A stretch of DNA of 64,000 nucleotides from Chrysomallon squamiferum (taxonomy: Eukaryota > Animalia > Mollusca). The stretch covers positions 20,584,001 through 20,648,000 of the forward strand of contig CM022672.1 in NCBI GenBank assembly GCA_012295275.1, in the 5' to 3' direction. Made by a program: the position numbers and the translations under genes. The notes below the pieces were generated by a model. The model was not told where the DNA came from and did not search any database. It was given only the letters and a program-made list of their open reading frames with translations. Of the stretch, positions 42,171 to 54,590 are shown piece after piece; the stretch's first letter is position 1, and the number at the start of each line of letters is the position of its first letter.

Positions 42171-43442
42171 TAGTATAAACTCTTTCTTCACTCCTTCAAA
42201 TAAATTTGATGATATTAATTTATTTTCAGGCAACATGAACTCTCTATGGTTTTGAAAATTGTTTAACACAGAATAATGAATAATAGACTTGATTTTTCAA
42301 TGTTGCCTGGCTGAAATACACCAAAAAATGGACACACATTCCATATCACAAGTTAGAAGACAGAGAGTTATATAGACACACATCACCAGATGTCACAGAC
42401 CACAGTTCCACTTGATTGGATATACATCAACAATATTAATTTTCTTTTAATTTATTTCTGGTGGGGATAGGACATTGGGTGCAATTATATTTAAAATTAA
42501 AAAAAAAATTCTGTAAAAAAAAAAGAAAAAAGTAAAGAAAAAAAAAAGATAATCACTAGTAAATATGGCTTCATTTAACTGTTACAACTGAATATTTAGT
42601 CACAGTCTACTAATTTCTTATTATCCTTCTGTTCTTAATCTACTAGCTGGGCAAGTTTATATTCATGTCACTGGAACAACAAAATAAGTAGCTGATAACT
42701 CGGCAAGTGTTGAAACAGTAACAATCCAATACTCACATGCTTGATATCACACTAATAAAAAAACATCAAAACAATATAATAAAAAAACCGAGAAAAAACA
42801 TAACAGAATACTGTACATGGCCTTACACAAATTTATTTATACCGAATACTATTATATTATATTGCCTATTTTTCAAAAATGTAATAGAAGAAAACAATTC
42901 ATAATATAATTATAAACATACATACATATATACATACAGTGGGAGAAATGACAGATGACTGTTATTTTGTTTAACTTAACAAAAGAAGAAAAATTATTTA
43001 TGTAAGTAAATGTTTTGACAGGATAAATTATACTTCAGTAAAGATTCAAACTTTACATGCTGAAAAACATTAAAGGCTTAATTTTAAAATAATATAACAC
43101 ACACACACACACACACACACACATATCTTTCTCAATCATGACAATAACAATAACAACAACAACAATAATAATAATAATAATAAAATTAATAAAAAAATAA
43201 TAAAAATTAAAAACAAACTAAATAAAATATATGAAGGTAGATAACAGAAAAATTTGAAAATAGTTTTATCTTTTTTTTTTTTTCAGATACAATTCAAATA
43301 TTAATCAACTAATAATGTCAATAGTGCAAAAAGCAACAATAGAAAAAAAACTAACAGCCAACAAGCAATCATACATTTTCTTTTGTTTTCAAGCAAAGAT
43401 CACACTGTAGCAAAATTAAAATAGATAGATTGATAGACAGAC

Positions 43443-43484
<42 letters not shown>

Positions 43485-43859
43485 ATGTTGGCATGGTTAT
43501 ATCAGATCTTTTCCAATCATTTTGAAATGATAGGCACAAAATGATTATAAATCTTTTATTTATTGGTTTTTTGTTTTTATTTCTTTTTTGTTAATGTAAT
43601 AAATACTTTATTTGTTTTTGGTGTATACCTTAATTTTGTCTTTAATTATATATTGATATGTCTTATTTTTGTTTTTTTTGCACAATTATGAGCACCCAGA
43701 TATATATATATATACATACATATATTATATATATATACACAGATAGTCAGATGTATACACATATATATGTGATGGTTAAAACAGGATATCATACACTCAT
43801 ACATACCACACATGGTTTAATCAACCTGTTACAGAGCTATTTTTAATACATCAACAAGT

Positions 43860-44060
43860 CTCAGTCACGATTTTCTTCTCACACACACCATCTACAATAC
43901 CACAAAACCAGTTCCCCCTAAATATCATTTCACAATGGCAGTTATGCCTGAGAGCATTCTAAGATTTCGGAGATTGCGTTGTATCGAATAACATAATAAA
44001 CGATCTTGACGAGATATAGTAGCCAATGGCAAAGAACTAGCTGATTACTTCCTGATGTTT
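43860..44060. promoter_or_regulatory. Possible promoter/enhancer: local CpG cluster with CCAAT and ETS-like motifs
   Basis: Six CpG in ~150 bp in an otherwise CpG-poor region, agccaatgg at ~44021, acttcctg at ~44047. Confidence 0.3.
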
Positions 44061-45281
44061 TTTCATATTATTATATATAATTATGTATGTATGTATGTAT
44101 GTATGTATGTATGTATGTATGTATATATTATGTGATATAAATAAACATTAATTAATAAATGATAGTGCAGTAAGTTCAGATTTTGTATTCATTATACCTT
44201 TATTAATGTTATTTAAACCGAACAAGTTAACATTTAGCAGTGTTGAATCCACAATAACATATCTTAAATAGTATGTTATCAGCATTTCTCCATGCTTTAT
44301 TCATGTTAGGTGCAAGTGAAACAAAATACAGCTTGGGAAGTCAAAAAAACAAAATTAAAAAAATTAAAAAACCCCAACTAAAATAAATAAATAAATTAAG
44401 AATTAAAAATAAAATGTAACTTGTTAATCAGTACAAACATTTTGGCAAATAAAGAACATTTGTTTTAACAAGAGGCCTCCAATCTTTTCATAGCTTCAGT
44501 TTGGGAATAACAACCCAATGGCATTTCAATAAAATAACTTGAAACTGGGGCTAACTATTTTAAAAATAAAGCAAATTTGTAATAAGGAGGTGTCCATATT
44601 TTATGTAGTTTAGAGCCTTATAATTATTACTCTGTTCTCCATCCTAAAAACCTTTTAACAAAATACAATAAAAAAACAATTAAAAAAAAGTATTATTATT
44701 TAAATTTGACTTTATACAGCTAACTAGTTTTAGAACCAAAAATTATGAAACATTATACTGTATTCTGAACATGAACAGTTTTGTTGCAAAACTGGATTAT
44801 TTAAAAAAAAAAAAATAAAGAAACAACAACAGCATTAATAATTGTAACAATAATGATAATAATAATAATTTTTTAATTTTTATTTATTATTTTTTTTTTT
44901 AAACTTACATTTCTAACAGGATTCACATATCTGTTTTAAGATTTATTGAATTATTTCCTAAAAACTTGGATAAATCAAACTGAAATCTGGAACTGATTGT
45001 AAGATTTTAAACATACTTGGTAAGGGAGTGTGGGGTCGTTTAATCCTGCAAACAATGTTAAAAATTAATTATTGTGAAATAAAATGCTGAAAACAGATTA
45101 CAGTTTCAACTTGTTTTAATCATGGTAGAATTCAGATAACAAACTCCGGTTTCATTTTAAATAAAACATTAAAAGCATTAAAATTAATATAAGTTTCATT
45201 GCTGATTAACAATTTTACTGCACTTTGTATGAATATTTAAATGTAATGAAATACATGGAAAACTCAATACAAAACTGTATG

Positions 45282-45333
<52 letters not shown>

Positions 45334-47702
45334 CATATATATGCATAGATATATTTATGTTACTGATGTCTAGTCATTTTATTAAATAGTAGATTACATT
45401 CCTAGATAAGTATACTGGCCTACATACATCAAAAGTAGTTAATGCAGATGTGTTACCATTAATTTGACACATTTAACTCAACATAATCAACTTTTTTTTA
45501 ATGTCATTGTAGAACCCATTATTATGTATCTCTTCATGTCTATCCTTGCAGTCTGCTCAAACCTGAACAAATCAATAAATCAAACAGAAAATGATAATTT
45601 GAAACCTTTTATTTCACACAGGAAGACAACAAAATTATATGATAAATTAAAATATCATTATTAATGAATGAATAAATATTTAATAATTCCCTAACATATA
45701 AAAATTCATTGGATGCTGAGAGTGAAACTCAGTATGAAAAGTTGAATTATTAATGTGATATTGACTAAATCATTGCTGTCACATTTAAAAACTGTATTTA
45801 ATAAGCAAACTGGTCTGTCTGTGTAATTATCAGGCTAGAGTAAAAATCCACTGAAAAATGAATTATGTATTTACAAATATTTTCTTCATGTGACAGGATG
45901 TAATACTTTTTCCACTTAATTGCTTTTTGTTTCTAGGTATAATCTAATTTAGACACAGCCAAATGTTAATCTGTCAGATGAATCTGTTACACTTACTAAT
46001 CAAAGATAAAACTTTCAGCATCACAACACACCAATAAAAACAAAACATAAGTAAAACAATAAAATTGCAACAATAATAAATATTTTATAAATCAAATAAA
46101 ATTCATTCGTAATAAAATAAAAATACGTGTATCTTCAGTAGAATGTAAATGAAAGGAATGCTGTACATCAGATAACAAACCGTTAAGTGAATAATTATGA
46201 CAGTTTAACGTTATTACTGTAATATTTGCCAAAACTTGCAGAATCGAATTTTATGGATATAAATTTGTCAAGAGATATAGAATACAGTATAACTGACACA
46301 CAGAAAGGCTAATTAATAGTCAGATAGACAGACAAATAGGTAGAGTGATTAAACAGATACCTACAGACAGATACATATATATGTTGAAATAGATAAATAA
46401 ATAAATAACGATATATACACAGGAACAGGCAACAGATAGACATATGAATATTCTCCGATATAGAGAAAGTTAGCTACATAAATAAATAAGATGGGCTTCT
46501 CAGAATTATAAAGTAAATATGAGGATCTGACTGTCAGAACTACTTGAACCACATATAAAAATATACTTAAATCACTGACTCATAGATTTTGAACTTAAAT
46601 CATGTTTCAAAACAACAGAAAATTCATTAGCATGTAAGTTTTATAACTATGTGTAACTTGCTGCTTAAGTTGCTCTGTTTGTTTCTTCAGCTGCATAGAA
46701 ATCTTCATAAATACAAAACTTTTTAAAAATTATTTTCTGATTAACAAATATAAATATTACTTTTACAAATGAACAAATAAAGTGTACAAATATTGCCAAC
46801 TTCTTATTTATCAACTAAGTAATAAATACTTTGACTGATCTTTCTCACATATACAAAGATACATACATGTAGAAAACAGATGATGAACTGACTTGAAGTT
46901 GTTGTTTTTATCGACAGTATTATTAAATACTTTATTCTAAGATGATGGAAATACTGTAAAGACAGTATTTTTATTATTGTAATTGTTATTATGTTTTATT
47001 ACAATAAAAATCAATATTTCTCTCTTTCTCTATATACTACACACACACATACACAAGAAATGTATAAAACATTTTCTAAAAATTAAACCTTTCCATTCTA
47101 AATACACACACATATGAAGACATTCACACCCACACAAAGATTTAATTTTGACAGATTAATTTCTAAATAAATACATATACACAATTTCTTATCGTTTTCT
47201 CAGAATTTAGTTAATAAAACTTTTAAGATTTCTGACTTAAGTAATGGCAATTAAAATTGTTAATGATGGATGATGAAATACTCAAAGTTAAATATTAATG
47301 AAATATTAATGTATGATGAATATTCATATAAAATATTTGAAAATTACAATAAATAAACTTCAGTTTGACTAGCAATTTTCTGTGGAAAAATAAATTCACA
47401 TTTATTTCCATATATTACTACTAAGTTATATTAAAATAATTAAACTTTAAACAGTGGTGATAAACAAAAGGTGTAAATATTAGAAAGTAATTTTTGAGTC
47501 TTATGCTGAAACAGCGATTTGCTTCTCAGTCATGTTTCAAACCAGAAAAAAAAGAATAACAAATGTTATTTATTTTATTAGAATTTCTTTCTTCCATTCT
47601 TTCAAGTTAAAGAAATCTTTAATAATATTATAGGCTAAACAAAAGTAGAATATTTAAGATTATACTTCACTTGTATATTAAGAAAAGGAATTTAATATAC
47701 TT

Positions 47703-50700
47703 TTAAAAATCACCTAAATCACAAGGTTTACAGAAAGTGGTTTCAAATATTGGCACTAGTGTCTCTAGGCTGTGACTTGGAACTGGTTGTCTGGTAAATC
47801 CCCATGAATCAACATCAATGTTTTCAGTAGACACACTTCTGTTCCCTAGTGACATTCCGAATGTACTTGTTGAAAGACTGCCTGTACTCTTTGCTGGTCT
47901 TAATCTCGTCTTTGATGATCTTGTATCAACTGAGGATATACAAATGTCTTCAAAAGACTGAGCCACTGAATCGTTCACGTTAATCTTGTGTAAAATCGTC
48001 TGCGTCTTTCCTTCTCTTGCTGTTCCTTTTTGTGATTCAAAATTAAGAATTTCTTCATCAGCTCTCGATGATCTTGTCCTTTGTGTGTTATTCGGACCTG
48101 CAGAAGAAATGTGTTTCAAATTCTGAGTCTTCAGTGCATCCCCAGTTTTCTTATTTTCAGAAGCATCAGAACCATGATGCCTACTTGACAGCTTCTGTTT
48201 TGTTTTGTCTTGATCACCTCTGTTTGATGATTTGTCCAGAATTGTTTTATTTAGTTTACTTCTCTTTTGTCTGAAGGAGTTGTCTTCTTTCAGTGCCTGA
48301 ATAAATGCTGCTGACACTCTACCCTATAATGAAAATAACCAGGTCTCAGCATAAACTGATGTTTTGTATTAGCAACACTGTAATCAGAAATATTTATATC
48401 AGGAATAAATACATTAAAAAATAACAATTCATGTGACAAAATAATATCTAATACCTTTAACAGATTTGATTTTTCTTATGTTATATTGTAATAATAATAA
48501 TAAAAATAAAAATCTTTAAAAAAAATATTTAACAAAATCGATATATATATATATATGCTGTCTTTGAAAATATTTTAGTTGTTGAAAATATATAAATGAA
48601 AAAATGCTTCATTTTGACAGCAGAATTATTTATTAATAAATTCAACTACAAAATCTTAAGATTAATCTTGATATCGTTCATTTTGTCTTAAAAAATATAC
48701 TACTGAAAATTACAGAAGTATTTTATTTGTTTATCACAGTAACAGTAATCATAAATTGATTGAGTTAAAAAATCTACATGTAGTTAATAATATAACAAGG
48801 ACAAAAATATATCAGTAACTGTAAAGTTGATTTTCTCAGAAAATTTGTAGTAAATAATAAATATCATGTATAAAATAACTGCATAGGACTATCTCCTAGA
48901 GACAAACAACATATTTCATTATTGACAAAATGTCATCATATCTGTAGACACTAGCTCTCTTCTAAAGAAAGAAAAAAAAATGAAAAAGAATAAATAAATA
49001 AAAAAGTAAATATATAAAATAAAATATACATACATTAAAAATTATTTAGAAAAAAAAAAAAAAAATTACAAATGATAAAATGTATGCTATCCAGTGATTA
49101 CAATACTAGCAAATCAAATTAGAAAATTATCATATAATAAAGGAAACAAAACTGAATGTGAATTACTAAAACCTAAACAGACACTTACTTTTTGGACACT
49201 TTGTTGTTTAATGTTTGCTCCTTTTCCTTTGACATAAGGATCAATACAAACAAATGATGAACCTAAATAAAATAAATGAATATTATTACTTCACTACCTT
49301 TTAATTCACTGGTTTAACAAGCTGAATCAGCAATCTTTAGATGTTATAAGCTTTAACTCTAACTTAATTCCTGTCAAATGTTCTTTACCTAAATTCTCTA
49401 GCATGTGAAACATTTTAGATATAAATGAATATGGATATGGAAGTTCACACAGAGTAAAATTGAATGCAAATGTTTTATTATTTTATCCACTTAATTCTAT
49501 ATGTATTTTTTTTTAAAAAGAAACAAAAAAATGAAGAAAAAAAGTATCATAAAACTAAAAATATAATTTTACCAATAGTTTTTGTACAGTTCCCCCAACC
49601 AACTTTTTCTGTTTTGACTAAACTGAAATGTTAACTTATATGAAAAATAATTTTAAAATTTTTAATAAAAAATTACTGTAAATCTTTGTTTTTAATGATG
49701 GAAATTTGAACTTGCAAGTTCTAAATGAAGCCTATATTTTTACAACACAGAAAATAAACAGTTATTATTAAACACTTAATTGTTAAAAAAAACAAAACAA
49801 TTGTAAACAAAATTAATAATGCAGTATTTCATTACTCTGCAAGATCTTTGTTTTGATATCTTCTGGTAGCAGCTGCCACTCTGCTGTCTGTGTGACCTGG
49901 TGTATGTACACCTTGATGTAGGACTCACAGTGGGATATCAGACTTCGCAGCAGATGTGTAACATCCTGAAATTGTGAAGAAGAAAACAAAAACAAAAATT
50001 AAAAAAACTGACAAAATATGAAATAAAACAAGACTGAAGAACTGTATAAAATTAGTGAACTTAGATTTACACAGTATTTCTGCTGCTCTGGGAATGTCAC
50101 ACAATAATAATAAAATAATAAGTGCAATGTCTTTTGATAAAAAAAGTTTACAATACCTGTGTTATATACTGGAAGTTCAATATATGGAGAATGTTTATTA
50201 AATGGCTGAGTGCTGATGTTTATAGATAATAATAAGAAGAACAAAAATGATGTCGATGATTATAATAATAATAACCATACTACTACTGCTAATAATAATA
50301 ATAATAATAATGGGTAAGAAGAACTAGACTACTACTACTACTACTACTAATGATAACAACAACAATACTACTATTAATAATAATTATAACAACAATGAGA
50401 ATACACCTACAACAAATATAACCAACAATAAGACCACTACTAATAATAACAAGCAATAAAAATAATAGTAATAACAAGAACAGTACAGTAGCTGTTGTTA
50501 CTGCTAGTATTATTACTACCATAACTACAAAGATCATTACTGCTACTACCTCTACTGCCATAATAATAATAATAATAACAACAAACAACAACAATACCTC
50601 TCCATATATTTGGTCTTCTTGACTGGTATTAAATTCGTGTAGCCTAAGAAGAGCTCTGTATGAGCCACAAGCTTTCTCAGTGGGCAAAGAATCTATGACA

Positions 50701-53700
50701 GTTCTAAATATTTCATCCAGGAAACTTCCACTCCAGGCTGCACGCTGTAAATAATAGTTATCTTCTTAAAAGATGAAATCAACTGTTGTGTGTACATATA
50801 TATATATACACACAACAGTTGATTTGTAACTTAATTCCTGTCAAATCTTCTTTACCTAAATTCATTTTAGATATAATATTTCACTTAAATGAATATGGAA
50901 GTTCACACAGAGTTAAAAAGAAACAAAAAAAAAATGAAGAAAAAAGTAACATGTACACATACACACAAACATTTTTTCTCTCACCATATTAACGATGAAA
51001 AAAATTAATATTAATAAAGATCTTAATATAGACATTTCTTATCTGGCTATTTTAAAAAATATATATTTAAAAAAGAAAACTGCAGACAATTAAATCTGAA
51101 ACAAAAAGACCCACTCAGTTTTGTAGGAGATTTGCACCTATAAAATTAACCAAAAATTAAATAAAAAACAAATAACTAAATAAATATATAAATAAATGAA
51201 ATTAAAAAAAACAACATAAAAATTAAAAAAAAAAAAATTAAGATAATTATTGTATTGAAAAACAAAATTATAATAGTAATAAAAAATAATAAATAGAAAA
51301 GTAAATAAGATATAGCTAGTAAATTACAAAATTAAAAAATACAAATATAAAAAAATATGTCAGTGACTGAATGCATATAACAGTAATAATACTTCTAATT
51401 ACAGTGGACTCTGTCAAAAGCCAAAGACTCAATTTATTTTATCATTTTAAGTACATCAGTGTATGAATGTTCGGTCACTGGGTTATTGAGTGTATCATCA
51501 ATCCATTCAATTTTTGAATTCGTTGGTCCTTACTCTCTGCTGAAATGTTGGTTTTGTACAATTGTCGGTAATGGTCACTACATTTTATAATGTCAAATAC
51601 TGAATGTATTCATAATTTAATTTGAATTTCCAGGGTTCAGGTAATGGGTTGACATGAACAAAATAATCACCTTTGTGTACTAAACTTCACTTTACTTTTA
51701 ACACACAGCAAAGTCTTAGTCACTTTCATTGTTCTTTTTGTTAAATTTTATTTATTTTATTTATTATTATTATTATTAAATATATATTACTTGGAAGTTG
51801 AAACCACCAGCATTTTGTATCCATTTTGTCCAATGATCACATGAATACATTTTTGTTAATTCAGACAAATTATATATATTTTTTTTATTAGAGTCTGACA
51901 AAAAACAGTTCTTTTAAACTTGTATACAAACTAAATTAATTGAGACTGACATGATAACTGATTGAAAAGGTGTGCAATTAACTGTTATGCAAGTAATCAT
52001 AAACAAACATAAGAACAAAACCTTTGGTAAGTACTTTTATGCTGTGAGTAGTTTGTTACAGGCCCTGTTTTAATAGAAACAGAACATCAATGTATTCAGG
52101 TAGCTTGGTTATATCTTATTGTCTCATTTTGCCTTTATAAAACCACACTTCACCCTATTTTTCTTGCCAGCATGAACTCTGCATAGCAAAATCTTTCTGT
52201 TCACATAATGGATTTGATGAAAACTCTCCAACAGTTTTGCTTTAGAAAGTTTGATATGTTGTCGTTTATTGGTCACTCTGACATGAATTCAATAGGACAA
52301 TGCAAAATGTTTGCGACCCTAAATCTAAATGAGTGAATTCATTTAGGTATCAACCCACACAAATAATAATCTTGTTCATTTAGCTACATATAGTAATTAC
52401 AAGAAGTACTGCATCATTGTTTTAAGTCTTCAAAGAAGCACACTGATTTCAAATTGCCGCTTTTGTTTAAGAAGTGATTGTACTTGCAAAACTGTGTGCC
52501 ATTGTTGAAAATGCTAATTACTACATAAATTTTTCTCTTGTTCTGGAATTTATAGTTAATCTGGATTAGACAGGGTGTTGTTCATACTGTTCATAACAGA
52601 TTAACGATAGCTGGATGGACTTTAAAATGGTGCTGGTTTTCACCAAAATCAAGATTATTTTCTCAAAGTCCACTGTATATGAATGTAATGAAAAAATAAA
52701 TAAAATAAAAGGCCTCACCCTTCCCCATGATAAGAACTGTTCTGATCCTACAACATCAACAAAGTGCTGACTAGTGTATTCAATAGCAAGTTCTAGCAAT
52801 TTGTTTGTCCAGTGCAGGACTGACTCAGCCCATTTCACCCTGGGCAGGCTGTTACTCAGCTTGTGGCAGTCTAGAATAGTTTCTATCACCGTTTTCTCAG
52901 TCTGCAACAACATATATAACTGAACAGTTAAATTGCATTTATAAAAAATTTTCATTGAATGTAAAGTAATTAAGTTTTAGAAAGACTGGGTCTTCGTATT
53001 TAGCCCTTAACTGTACTTGGCAATACAGGTACCGAACCATTTATCCAGCAAGCTTAGGACTGGGGGTGCCCTGGATTTCTGGATACAGACTAAAAAAAAT
53101 ACTCAAAATATAAAATAAACAATGAAAATGAAAGAATAAAACTGTATTTAACAGATAAAAATTAATACACTTCTAAAGCAATCTCTGTTTGATGTTTATT
53201 AATTCACTTGAAATTGTTAAAATACATGTATAAAATGAATTTTTCACTAATAAGTTGTGTTTCTGCTAATCTTTTTGACATGATAATAAATGAAAATGAT
53301 ATTTAAGTAAAACAAATAATAATATATTGTGGATAGGATCCCGTGTATATAGCAATACTTTTACTTGAATTGGTGTTATGGAAACCAATCAAAGGTTGCC
53401 AGTTTTCTAGGTTTTTGTTCATTTTTCAGCATCTTTAGTCATAAATGTGTCCCTCAGAAATACCATTCTGTTGGCATAATTATGTAACAGAGATGACTTT
53501 TTGTAAGATGTGTGTACCATCTTTTATATTAAAAAAAACTAAGAGAGATTTTCATAAAAAAATTACAGTACAAGCTAAATATTTATATTTTCACTGATTT
53601 TTAATCACTTAAAAATAGGAGGTTGTCTTAATCTTAAATATAAGTTATTCTTATCACCTAACCTAAATACTAAACTTTGTTAAAAATAAAGTAAGGCAAA

Positions 53701-54556
53701 AAAACAAAAACAAAAACAAAATTATCCCATCAACCCTTCAAATCATAGAGCATTAGTTTACAAATTAACACTATGTATTATGGTCTTAAAACAAACTTAC
53801 AAGATGTGATGCTATATAATCACAGGAAAGTTGCATAATCTCATCTGGGAGTCCAGCAAAAGACTTTGTGGCCCAAAACTTAGTGAAAGACTTGGCCAGA
53901 ACCTTGAAACATCGCTCTTCAATGTCATCGAGGTGAAATGAGACCGACAGCATTAGTGCTTCAGCAAGAGTGGAAGAACAAACGGTGCATGGCTACAACA
54001 GAAAGACATGCTTCTAAATATACACACACTTATACATACTAAATAATAACAGATAAAAGAATTATAACAAAACAATTTAAGAAATAATATTACCCAAAAA
54101 ATATTTCTTAAAAATAGATTTAACTGTGTAAAAAGATGGACATATGCCCACAAATATATATTGTGATGATGGTAATAAAATGAAATTTAAAGAAATGATT
54201 TTTCTCTCTAAAGAATTGTAATATCTTTTAGTGTTGTTTTTCTTGTACTGAAATTAAACTTTTGTAGATTTCTATTTACCTGTGTACAAAATATACAAGA
54301 TATCAATTTTTTTTTTTTAAATCAAATTTTTATTTCTTTGCATCATATTAATATTTAAGTTTAATAATGTTCTCATTTAGAGCTTTGTCTATACAATATT
54401 TAAAATGTTCTATTTAATAAATTAAAATTATATGTAGTAATACACATTATTTTGTAGAAATATTATTTTTAAAAGATCCCATTTAGTTTATTCATAAAAT
54501 AATTATTAAAAAAAAATCAAGTATTAATAAAAATAAAATAAAATAATACACCATAT

Positions 54557-54590
<34 letters not shown>

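Larger units (their letters stand above)
35617..42679. repeat. Head-to-tail tandem duplication, copy 1 35617-39068, copy 2 39069-42679
   Basis: Both copies start agattttgttgtttgacctcattt and end catgtcactggaaca; colinear with scattered substitutions. Confidence 0.95.

Noticed and set aside
45490-45575. Possible extra terminal BTBD8 exon after a ttgttcag acceptor
   Set aside because: Exon 12 already ends in a stop; no convincing donor or homology
53020-53350. Possible MITE with degenerate inverted ends (tacaggtaccgaaccatttatccag ... tggataggatcccgtgta)
   Set aside because: End similarity is too weak to call without a repeat library
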